The position numbers were made by a program, and so were the translations under genes. The notes beneath the pieces were generated by a model, which saw nothing but the letters and a program-made list of their open reading frames with translations, did not search any database and had not been told where the DNA came from. Shown here piece by piece: positions 49,751 through 61,520 of a DNA stretch of 64,000 nt (positions are counted from its first letter, which is position 1; each line of letters starts with the position of its first letter). Source of the DNA: Eledone cirrhosa (lineage: Eukaryota). The DNA is taken from NCBI GenBank assembly GCA_964016885.1, contig OZ024741.1, forward strand, positions 21,762,001 through 21,826,000, written 5' to 3'.

Positions 49751-52155
49751 CCAATCCCACCGAGAGAATGTCTCCTAGTATTAGTTCTGGTTCTCTGCTT
49801 TCTCAGTTCCAATCCCACCGAGAGATTGTCTCCTGGTATTAGTTCTGGTTCTCTGCTCTCTCAGTTCCAATCCCACCGAGAGATTGTCTCCTGGTATTAG
49901 TTCTGGTTCTCTGCTCTCTCAGTTCCAATCCCACCGAGAGAATGTCTCCTGGTATTAGTTCTGGTTCTCTGCTCTCTCAGTTCCAATCCCACCGAGAGAA
50001 TGTCTCCTAGTATTTGTTCTGGTTCTCTGCTTTCTCAGTTCCAATCCCACCGAAAGATTGTCTCCTGGTATTAGTTCTGGTTCTCTGCTCTCTCAGTTCC
50101 AATCCCACCGAGAGAATGTCTCCTAGTATTAGTTCTGGTTCTCTGCTTTCTCAGTTCCAATCCCACCGAGATATTGTCTCCTAGTATTAGTTCTGGTTCT
50201 CTGCTTTCTCAGTCCCAATACCACCGAGAGAATGTCTCCTAGTATTAGTTCTGGTTCTCTGCTTTCTCAGTTCCAATCCCACCGAGAGATTGTCTCCTGG
50301 TATTAGTTCTGGTTCTCTGCTTTCTCAGTTCCAATCCCACCGAGAGATTGTCTCCTAGTATTAATTCTGGTTCTTTGCTTTCTCAGTTCCAATCCCACCG
50401 AGAGATTGTCTCCTATTATTAGTTCTGGTTCTCTGATTTCTCAGTTCCAATCCCACCGAGAGATTGGCTCCTAGTATTAGTTCTGGTTCTCTGCTCTCTC
50501 AATTCCAATCCGACCGAGAGAATGTCTCCTAGTATTAGTTCTGGTTCTCTGCTCTCTCAGTTCCAATCCCACCGAGAGAATGTCTCCTAGTATTAGTTCT
50601 GGTTCTCTGCCTTTTCAGTTCCAATCCCACCGAGAGATTGTCTCCTAGTATTAGTTCTGGTTCTCTGTTTTCTCAGTTCCAATCCCACCGAGAGATTGTC
50701 TCCTAGTATTAGTTCTGGTTCTCTGCTTTCTCAGTTCCAATCCCACCGAGAGATTGTCTCCTAGTATTAGTTCTGGTTCTCTGCTTTCTCAGTTCCAATC
50801 CCACCGAGAGATTGTCTCCTCGTATTAGTTCTGGTTCTCTGCTTTCTCAGTTCCAATCCCACCGAGAGATTGTCTCCTAGTATTAGTTCTGGTTCTCTGC
50901 TCTCTCAGTTCCAATCCCACCGAGAGAATGTCTCCTAGTATTAGTTCTGGTTCTCTGCTTTTTCAGTTCCAATCCCACCGAGAGTTTGTCTGCTAGTATT
51001 AGTTCTGGTTCTCTGCTCTCTCAGTTCCAATCCCACCGAGAGATTGTCTCCTGGTATTAGTTCTGGTTCTCTGCTCTTTCAGTTCCAATCCCACCGAGAG
51101 ATTGTCTCCTAGTATTAGTTCTGGTTCTCTGCTTCCTCAGTTCCAATCCCACCGAGAGATTGTCTCCTGGTATTAGTTCTGGTTCTCTGCTCTCTCAGTT
51201 CTAATCCGACCGAGAGAATGTCTCCTAGTATTAGTTCTGGTTCTCTGCTTTCTCAGTTCCAATCCCACCGAGAGATTGTCTCCTAGTATTAGTTCTGGTT
51301 CTCTGCTTTCTCAGTTCCAATCCCACCGAGAGATTGTCTCCTAGTATTAATTCTGGTTCTTTGCTTTCTCAGTTCCAATCCCACCGAGAGATTGTCTCCT
51401 ATTATTAGTTCTGGTTCTCTGATTTCTCAGTTCCAATCCCACCGAGAGATTGGCTCCTAGTATTAGTTCTGGTTCTCTGCTCTCTCAATTCCAATCCGAC
51501 CGAGAGAATGTCTCCTAGTATTAGTTCTGGTTCTCTGCTTTCTCAGTTCCAATCCCACTGAGAGAGTGTCTTCTAGTATTAGTTCTGGTTCTCTGCTTTC
51601 TCAGTTCAAATCCCACCGAGAGAATGTCTTCTAGTATTAGTTCTGGTTCTCTGCTTTCTCAGTTCAAATCCCACCGAGAGATTGTCTCCTGGTATTAGTT
51701 CTGGTACTCTGCTTTCTCAGTTCCAATCCCACCAAGAGAATGTCTCCTAGTATTAGTTCTTGTTCTCTGCTCTGTCAGTTCAAATGCCACCGAGAGTATG
51801 TCTCCTAGTATTAGTTCTGGTACTCTGCTTTCTCAGTTCCAATCCCACCGAGAGAGTGTCTTCTAGTATTAGATCTGGTTCTCTGCTTTCTCAGTTCCAA
51901 TCCCACCGAGAGAATGTCTCCTAGTATTAGTTCTGGTTCTCTGCTTTCTCAGTTCCAATCCCACCGAGAGAATGTCTCCTAATATTAGTTCTGGTTCTCT
52001 GCTTTTTCAGTTCCAATCCCACCGAGAGATTGTCTCCTAGTATTAGTTCTGGTTCTCTGCTTTCTCAGTTCCAATCCCACCGAGAGATTGTCTCCTAGTA
52101 TTAGTTCTGGTTCTCTGCTTTCTCAGTTCCACTCCCACCGAGAGATTGTCTCCTC

Positions 52156-55100
52156 GTATTAGTTCTGGTTCTCTGCTTTCTCAGTTCCAATCCCACCGAG
52201 AGATTGTCTCCTAGTATTAGTTCTGGTTCTCTGCTCTCTCAGTTCCAATCCCACCGAGAGAATGTCTCCTAGTATTAGTTCTGGTTCTCTGCATTTTCAG
52301 TTCCAATCCCAACGAGAGATTGTCTGCTAGTATTAGTTCTGGTTCTCTGCTCTCTCAGTTCCAATCCCACCGAGAGATTGTCTCCTGGTATTAGTTCTGG
52401 TTCTCTGCTCTCTCAGTTCCAATCCCACCGAGAGAATGTCTCCTAGTATTAGTTCTGGTTCTCTGCTTTCTCAGTTCCAATCCCACCGAAAGATTGTCTC
52501 CTAGTATTAGTTCTGGTTCTCTGCTCTCTCAGTTCCAATCCCACCGAGAGATTGTCTCCTGGTATTAGTTCTGGTTCTCTGCTCTCTCAGTTCCAATCCC
52601 ACCGAGAGAATGTCTCCTGGTATTAGTTCTGGTTCTCTGCTCTCTCAGTTCCAATCCCACCGAGAGAATGTCTCCTAGTATTTGTTCTGGTTCTCTGCTT
52701 TCTCAGTTCCAATCCCACCGAAAGATTGTCTCCTGGTATTAGTTCTGGTTCTCTGCTCTCTCAGTTCCAATCCCACCGAGAGAATGTCTCCTAGTATTAG
52801 TTCTGGTTCTCTGCTTTCTCAGTTCCAATCCCACCGAGATATTGTCTCCTAGTATTAGTTCTGGTTCTCTGCTTTCTCAGTCCCAATACCACCGAGAGAA
52901 TGTCTCCTAGTATTAGTTCTGGTTCTCTGCTTTCTCAGTTCCAATCCCACCGAGAGATTGTCTCCTAGTATTAGTTCTGGTTCTCTGCTTTCTCAGTTCC
53001 AATCCCACCGAGAGATTGTCTCCTAGTATTAATTCTGGTTCTTTGCTTTCTCAGTTCCAATCCCACCGAGAGATTGTCTCCTAGTATTAGTTCTGGTTCT
53101 CTGCTTTCTCAGTTCCAATCCCACCGAGAGATTGTCTCCTAGTATTAATTCTGGTTCTTTGCTTTCTCAGTTCCAATCCCACCGAGAGATTGTCTCCTAT
53201 TATTAGTTCTGGTTCTCTGATTTCTCAGTTCCAATCCCACCGAGAGATTGGCTCCTAGTATTAGTTCTGGTTCTCTGCTCTCTCAATTCCAATCCGACCG
53301 AGAGAATGTCTCCTAGTATTAGTTCTGGTTCTCTGCTTTCTCAGTTCCAATCCCACTGAGAGAGTGTCTTCTAGTATTAGTTCTGGTTCTCTGCTTTCTC
53401 AGTTCAAATCCCACCGAGAGAATGTCTTCTAGTATTAGTTCTGGTTCTCTGCTTTCTCAGTTCAAATCCCACCGAGAGATTGTCTCCTGGTATTAGTTCT
53501 GGTACTCTGCTTTCTCAGTTCCAATCCCACCAAGAGAATGTCTCCTAGTATTAGTTCTTGTTCTCTGCTCTGTCAGTTCAAATGCCACCGAGAGTATGTC
53601 TCCTAGTATTAGTTCTGGTACTCTGCTTTCTCAGTTCCAATCCCACCGAGAGAGTGTCTTCTAGTATTAGATCTGGTTCTCTGCTTTCTCAGTTCCAATC
53701 CCACCGAGAGAATGTCTCCTAGTATTAGTTCTGGTTCTCTGCTTTCTCAGTTCCAATCCCACCGAGAGAATGTCTCCTAATATTAGTTCTGGTTCTCTGC
53801 TTTTTCAGTTCCAATCCCACCGAGAGATTGTCTCCTAGTATTAGTTCTGGTTCTCTGCTTTCTCAGTTCCAATCCCACCGAGAGATTGTCTCCTAGTATT
53901 AGTTCTGGTTCTCTGCTTTCTCAGTTCCACTCCCACCGAGAGATTGTCTCCTCGTATTAGTTCTGGTTCTCTGCTTTCTCAGTTCCAATCCCACCGAGAG
54001 ATTGTCTCCTAGTATTAGTTCTGGTTCTCTGCTTTCTCAGTTCAAATCCCACCGAGAGAATGTCTTCTAGTATTAGTTCTGGTTCTCTGCTTTCTCAGTT
54101 CCAATCCCACCGAGAGATTGTCTCCTGGTATTAGTTCTGGTTCTCTGCTCTCTCAGTTCCAATCCCACCGAGAGAATGTCTCCTGGTATTAGTTCTGGTT
54201 CTCTGCTCTCTCAGTTCCAATCCCACCGAGAGAATGTCTCCTAGTATTTGTTCTGGTTCTCTGCTTTCTCAGTTCCAATCCCACCGAAAGATTGTCTCCT
54301 GGTATTAGTTCTGGTTCTCTGCTCTCTCAGTTCCAATCCCACCGAGAGAATGTCTCCTAGTATTAGTTCTGGTTCTCTGCTTTCTCAGTTCCAATCCCAC
54401 CGAGATATTGTCTCCTAGTATTAGTTCTGGTTCTCTGCTTTCTCAGTCCCAATACCACCGAGAGAATGTCTCCTAGTATTAGTTCTGGTTCTCTGCTTTC
54501 TCAGTTCCAATCCCACCGAGAGATTGTCTCCTAGTATTAGTTCTGGTTCTCTGCTTTCTCAGTTCCAATCCCACCGAGAGATTGTCTCCTAGTATTAATT
54601 CTGGTTCTTTGCTTTCTCAGTTCCAATCCCACCGAGAGATTGTCTCCTATTATTAGTTCTGGTTCTCTGCTTTATCAGTCACAATCCCACCGAGAGATTG
54701 TCTCCTAGTATTAGTTCTGGTTCTCTGCTCTCTCAATTCCAATCCCACCGAGAGAATGTCTCCTAGTATTAGTTCTGGTTCTCTGCTTTCTCAGTTCCAA
54801 TCCCACCGAGAGAGTGTCTTCTAGTACTAGTTCTGGTTCTCTGCTTTCTCAGTTCAAATCCCACCGAGAGAATGTCTTCTAGTATTAGTTCTGGTTCTCT
54901 GCTTTCTCAGTTCAAATCCCACCGAGAGATTGTCTCCTGGTATTAGTTCTGGTACTCTGCTTTCTCAGTTCCAATCCCACCAAGAGAATGTCTCCTAGTA
55001 TTAGTTCTTGTTCTCTGCTCTGTCAGTTCAAATACCACTGAGAGTATGTCTCCTAGTATTAGTTCTGGTACTCTGCTTTCTCAGTTCCAATCCCACCGAG

Positions 55101-58100
55101 AGAGTGTCTTCTAGTATTAGTTCTGGTTCTCTGCTTTCTCAGTTCCAATCCCACCGAGAGATTGTCTCCTAGTATTAGTTCTGATTCTCTGCTCTCTCAA
55201 TTCCAATCCCACCGAGAGAATGTCTCCTAGTATTAGTTCTGGTTCTCTGCTTTCTCAGTTCCAATCCCACCGAGAGAGTGTCTTCTAGTATTAGTTCTGG
55301 TTCTCTGCTTTCTCAGTTCCAATCCCACCGAGAGATTGTCTCCTAGTATTAGTTCTGGTTCTCTGCTTTCTCAGTTCCAATCCCACCGAGAGATTGTCTC
55401 CTAGTATTAGTTCTGGTTCTCTGCTCTCTCAGTTCCAATCCCACCGAGAGAATGTCTCCTAGTATTAGTTCTGGTTCTCTGCATTTTCAGTTCCAATCCC
55501 AACGAGAGATTGTCTGCTAGTATTAGTTCTGGTTCTCTGCTCTCTCAGTTCCAATCCCACCGAGAGATTGTCTCCTGGTATTAGTTCTGGTTCTCTGCTC
55601 TCTCAGTTCCAATCCCACCGAGAGAATGTCTCCTAGTATTAGTTCTGGTTCTCTGCTTTCTCAGTTCCAATCCCACCGAAAGATTGTCTCCTAGTATTAG
55701 TTCTGGTTCTCTGCTCTCTCAGTTCCAATCCCACCGAGAGATTGTCTCCTGGTATTAGTTCTGGTTCTCTGCTCTCTCAGTTCCAATCCCACCGAGAGAA
55801 TGTCTCCTGGTATTAGTTCTGGTTCTCTGCTCTCTCAGTTCCAATCCCACCGAGAGAATGTCTCCTAGTATTTGTTCTGGTTCTCTGCTTTCTCAGTTCC
55901 AATCCCACCGAAAGATTGTCTCCTGGTATTAGTTCTGGTTCTCTGCTCTCTCAGTTCCAATCCCACCGAGAGAATGTCTCCTAGTATTAGTTCTGGTTCT
56001 CTGCTTTCTCAGTTCCAATCCCACCGAGATATTGTCTCCTAGTATTAGTTCTGGTTCTCTGCTTTCTCAGTCCCAATACCACCGAGAGAATGTCTCCTAG
56101 TATTAGTTCTGGTTCTCTGCTTTCTCAGTTCCAATCCCACCGAGAGATTGTCTCCTAGTATTAGTTCTGGTTCTCTGCTTTCTCAGTTCCAATCCCACCG
56201 AGAGATTGTCTCCTAGTATTAATTCTGGTTCTTTGCTTTCTCAGTTCCAATCCCACCGAGAGATTGTCTCCTAGTATTAGTTCTGGTTCTCTGCTTTCTC
56301 AGTTCCAATCCCACCGAGAGATTGTCTCCTAGTATTAATTCTGGTTCTTTGCTTTCTCAGTTCCAATCCCACCGAGAGATTGTCTCCTATTATTAGTTCT
56401 GGTTCTCTGATTTCTCAGTTCCAATCCCACCGAGAGATTGGCTCCTAGTATTAGTTCTGGTTCTCTGCTCTCTCAATTCCAATCCGACCGAGAGAATGTC
56501 TCCTAGTATTAGTTCTGGTTCTCTGCTTTCTCAGTTCCAATCCCACTGAGAGAGTGTCTTCTAGTATTAGTTCTGGTTCTCTGCTTTCTCAGTTCAAATC
56601 CCACCGAGAGAATGTCTTCTAGTATTAGTTCTGGTTCTCTGCTTTCTCAGTTCAAATCCCACCGAGAGATTGTCTCCTGGTATTAGTTCTGGTACTCTGC
56701 TTTCTCAGTTCCAATCCCACCAAGAGAATGTCTCCTAGTATTAGTTCTTGTTCTCTGCTCTGTCAGTTCAAATGCCACCGAGAGTATGTCTCCTAGTATT
56801 AGTTCTGGTACTCTGCTTTCTCAGTTCCAATCCCACCGAGAGAGTGTCTTCTAGTATTAGATCTGGTTCTCTGCTTTCTCAGTTCCAATCCCACCGAGAG
56901 AATGTCTCCTAGTATTAGTTCTGGTTCTCTGCTTTCTCAGTTCCAATCCCACCGAGAGAATGTCTCCTAATATTAGTTCTGGTTCTCTGCTTTTTCAGTT
57001 CCAATCCCACCGAGAGATTGTCTCCTAGTATTAGTTCTGGTTCTCTGCTTTCTCAGTTCCAATCCCACCGAGAGATTGTCTCCTAGTATTAGTTCTGGTT
57101 CTCTGCTTTCTCAGTTCCACTCCCACCGAGAGATTGTCTCCTCGTATTAGTTCTGGTTCTCTGCTTTCTCAGTTCCAATCCCACCGAGAGATTGTCTCCT
57201 AGTATTAGTTCTGGTTCTCTGCTTTCTCAGTTCAAATCCCACCGAGAGAATGTCTTCTAGTATTAGTTCTGGTTCTCTGCTTTCTCAGTTCCAATCCCAC
57301 CGAGAGATTGTCTCCTGGTATTAGTTCTGGTTCTCTGCTCTCTCAGTTCCAATCCCACCGAGAGAATGTCTCTTGGTATTAGTTCTGGTTCTCTGCTCTC
57401 TCAGTTCCAATCCCACCGAGAGAATGTCTCCTAGTATTTGTTCTGGTTCTCTGCTTTCTCAGTTCCAATCCCACCGAAAGATTGTCTCCTGGTATTAGTT
57501 CTGGTTCTCTGCTCTCTCAGTTCCAATCCCACCGAGAGAATGTCTCCTAGTATTAGTTCTGGTTCTCTGCTTTCTCAGTTCCAATCCCACCGAGATATTG
57601 TCTCCTAGTATTAGTTCTGGTTCTCTGCTTTCTCAGTCCCAATACCACCGAGAGAATGTCTCCTAGTATTAGTTCTGGTTCTCTGCTTTCTCAGTTCCAA
57701 TCCCACCGAGAGATTGTCTCCTAGTATTAGTTCTGGTTCTCTGCTTTCTCAGTTCCAATCCCACCGAGAGATTGTCTCCTAGTATTAATTCTGGTTCTTT
57801 GCTTTCTCAGTTCCAATCCCACCGAGAGATTGTCTCCTATTATTAGTTCTGGTTCTCTGCTTTATCAGTCACAATCCCACCGAGAGATTGTCTCCTAGTA
57901 TTAGTTCTGGTTCTCTGCTCTCTCAATTCCAATCCCACCGAGAGAATGTCTCCTAGTATTAGTTCTGGTTCTCTGCTTTCTCAGTTCCAATCCCACCGAG
58001 AGAGTGTCTTCTAGTACTAGTTCTGGTTCTCTGCTTTCTCAGTTCAAATCCCACCGAGAGAATGTCTTCTAGTATTAGTTCTGGTTCTCTGCTTTCTCAG

Positions 58101-58509
58101 TTCAAATCCCACCGAGAGATTGTCTCCTGGTATTAGTTCTGGTACTCTGCTTTCTCAGTTCCAATCCCACCAAGAGAATGTCTCCTAGTATTAGTTCTTG
58201 TTCTCTGCTCTGTCAGTTCAAATACCACTGAGAGTATGTCTCCTAGTATTAGTTCTGGTACTCTGCTTTCTCAGTTCCAATCCCACCGAGAGAGTGTCTT
58301 CTAGTATTAGTTCTGGTTCTCTGCTTTCTCAGTTCCAATCCCACCGAGAGATTGTCTCCTAGTATTAGTTCTGATTCTCTGCTCTCTCAATTCCAATCCC
58401 ACCGAGAGAATGTCTCCTAGTATTAGTTCTGGTTCTCTGCTTTCTCAGTTCCAATCCCACCGAGAGAGTGTCTTCTAGTATTAGTTCTGGTTCTCTGCTT
58501 TCTCAGTTC
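52156..58509. repeat. Near-perfect tandem duplication of a 55-monomer (3190 bp) unit
   Basis: GCATTTTCAG 52291/55481, AGATCT 53669/56859 and TTTATCAGTCAC 54671/57861, all at offset 3190 = 55 x 58. Confidence 0.93.
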
Positions 58510-61500
58510 AAATCCCACCGAGAGAATGTCTTCTAGTATTAGTTCTGGTTCTCTGCTTTCTCAGTTCAAATCCCACCGAGAGATTGTCTCCTGGTATTAG
58601 TTCTGGTACTCTGTTTCTCAGTTCCAATCCCACCAAGAGAATGTCTCCTAGTATTAGTTCTTGTTCTCTGCTCTGTCAGTTCAAATACCACCGAGAGTAT
58701 GTCTCCTAGTATTAGTTCTGGTACTCTGCTTTCTCAGTTCCAATCCCACCGAGAGAGTGTCTTCTAGTATTAGTTCTGGTTCTCTGCTTTCTCAGTTCCA
58801 ATCCCACCGAGAGAATGTCTCCTAGTATTAGTTCTGGTTCTCTGCTTTCTCAGTTCCAATCCCACCGAGAGAATGTCTCCTAGTATTAGTTCTGGTTCTC
58901 TGCTCTCTCATTTCCAATCCCACCGAGAGAATGTCTCCTAGTATTAGTTCTGGTTCTCTGCTTTCTCAGTTCCAATCCCACCAAGAGAATGTCTCCTAGT
59001 ATTAGTTCTGGTTCTCTGCTTTCTCAGTTCAAATTCCACCGAGAGAATGTCTTCTAGTATTAGTTCTGGTTCTCTGCTTTCCCCGTTCAAATCCCACCGA
59101 GAGATTGTCTCCTGGTATTAGTTCTGGTACTCTGCTTTCTCAATTCAAATCCCACCGAGAGATTGTCTCCTAGTATTAATTCTGGTTCTCTGCTCTCTCA
59201 GTTCCAATCCCACCGAGAGAATGTCTCCTAGTATTAGTTCTAGTTCTCTGCTTTTTCAGTTCCAATCCCACCGAGAGATTGTCTCCTAGTATTAGTTCTG
59301 GTTCTCTGCTCTCTCAGTTCCAATCCCACCGAGAGAATGTCTCCTAGTATTAGTTCTGGTTCTCTGCCTTTTCAGTTCCAATCCCACCGAGAGAATGTCT
59401 CCTAGTATTAGTTCTGGTTCTCTGCTCTGTCAGTTCAAATCCCACCGAGAGAATGTCTCCTAGTATTAGTTCTGGTTCTCTGCTTTCTCAGTTCCAATCC
59501 CACCGAGAGATTGTCTCCTAGTATTAGTTCTGGTTCTCTGCTCTCTCAGTTCCAATCCCACCGAGAGAATGTCTCCTAGTATTAGTTCTGGTTCTCTGCC
59601 TTTTCAGTTCCAATCCCACCGAGAGATTGTCTCCTAGTATTAGTTCTGGTTCTCTGTTTTCTCAGTTCCAATCCCACCGAGAGATTGTCTCCTAGTATTA
59701 GTTCTGGTTCTCTGCTTTCTCAGTTCCAATCCCACCGAGAGATTGTCTCCTAGTATTAGTTCTGGTTCTCTGCTTTCTCAGTTCCAATCCCACCGAGAGA
59801 TTGTCTCCTCGTATTAGTTCTGGTTCTCTGCTTTCTCAGTTCCAATCCCACCGAGAGATTGTCTCCTAGTATTAGTTCTGGTTCTCTGCTCTCTCAGTTC
59901 CAATCCCACCGAGAGAATGTCTCCTAGTATTAGTTCTGGTTCTCTGCTTTTTCAGTTCCAATCCCACCGAGAGTTTGTCTGCTAGTATTAGTTCTGGTTC
60001 TCTGCTCTCTCAGTTCCAATCCCACCGAGAGATTGTCTCCTGGTATTAGTTCTGGTTCTCTGCTCTTTCAGTTCCAATCCCACCGAGAGATTGTCTCCTA
60101 GTATTAGTTCTGGTTCTCTGCTTCCTCAGTTCCAATCCCACCGAGAGATTGTCTCCTGGTATTAGTTCTGGTTCTCTGCTCTCTCAGTTCTAATCCCACC
60201 GAGAGAATGTCTCCTAGTATTAGTTCTGGTTCTCTGCTTTCTCAGTTCCAATCCCACCGAGAGATTGTCTCCTAGTATTAGTTCTGGTTCTCTGCTTTCT
60301 CAGTTCCAATCCCACCGTGAGATTGTCTCCTAGTATTAATTCTGGTTCTTTGCTTTCTCAGTTCCAATCCCACCGAGAGATTGTCTCCTATTATTAGTTC
60401 TGGTTCTCTGATTTCTCAGTTCCAATCCCACCGAGAGATTGGCTCCTAGTATTAGTTCTGGTTCTCTGCTCTCTCAATTCCAATCCGACCGAGAGAATGT
60501 CTCCTAGTATTAGTTCTGGTTCTCTGCTTTCTCAGTTCCAATCCCACTGAGAGAGTGTCTTCTAGTATTAGTTCTGGTTCTCTGCTTTCTCAGTTCAAAT
60601 CCCACCGAGAGAATGTCTTCTAGTATTAGTTCTGGTTCTCTGCTTTCTCAGTTCAAATCCCACCGAGAGATTGTCTCCTGGTATTAGTTCTGGTACTCTG
60701 CTTTCTCAGTTCCAATCCCACCAAGAGAATGTCTCCTAGTATTAGTTCTTGTTCTCTGCTCTGTCAGTTCAAATGCCACCGAGAGTATGTCTCCTAGTAT
60801 TAGTTCTGGTACTCTGCTTTCTCAGTTCCAATCCCACCGAGAGAGTGTCTTCTAGTATTAGATCTGGTTCTCTGCTTTCTCAGTTCCAATCCCACCGAGA
60901 GAATGTCTCCTAGTATTAGTTCTGGTTCTCTGCTTTCTCAGTTCCAATCCCACCGAGAGAATGTCTCCTAATATTAGTTCTGGTTCTCTGCTTTTTCAGT
61001 TCCAATCCCACCGAGAGATTGTCTCCTAGTATTAGTTCTGGTTCTCTGCTTTCTCAGTTCCAATCCCACCGAGAGATTGTCTCCTAGTATTAGTTCTGGT
61101 TCTCTGCTTTCTCAGTTCCACTCCCACCGAGAGATTGTCTCCTCGTATTAGTTCTGGTTCTCTGCTTTCTCAGTTCCAATCCCACCGAGAGATTGTCTCC
61201 TAGTATTAGTTCTGGTTCTCTGCTCTCTCAGTTCCAATCCCACCGAGAGAATGTCTCCTAGTATTAGTTCTGGTTCTCTGCATTTTCAGTTCCAATCCCA
61301 ACGAGAGATTGTCTGCTAGTATTAGTTCTGGTTCTCTGCTCTCTCAGTTCCAATCCCACCGATAGATTGTCTCCTGGTATTAGTTCTGGTTCTCTGCTCT
61401 CTCAGTTCCAATCCCACCGAGAGAATGTCTCCTAGTATTAGTTCTGGTTCTCTGCTTTCTCAGTTCCAATCCCACCGAAAGATTGTCTCCTAGTATTAGT

Positions 61501-61520
61501 TCTGGTTCTCTGCTCTCTCA
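58320..61520. repeat. Duplicated block D, copy 2
   Basis: Same variant order as about 46550-49750, including the 1-bp deletion at 46841/58614. Confidence 0.88.
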
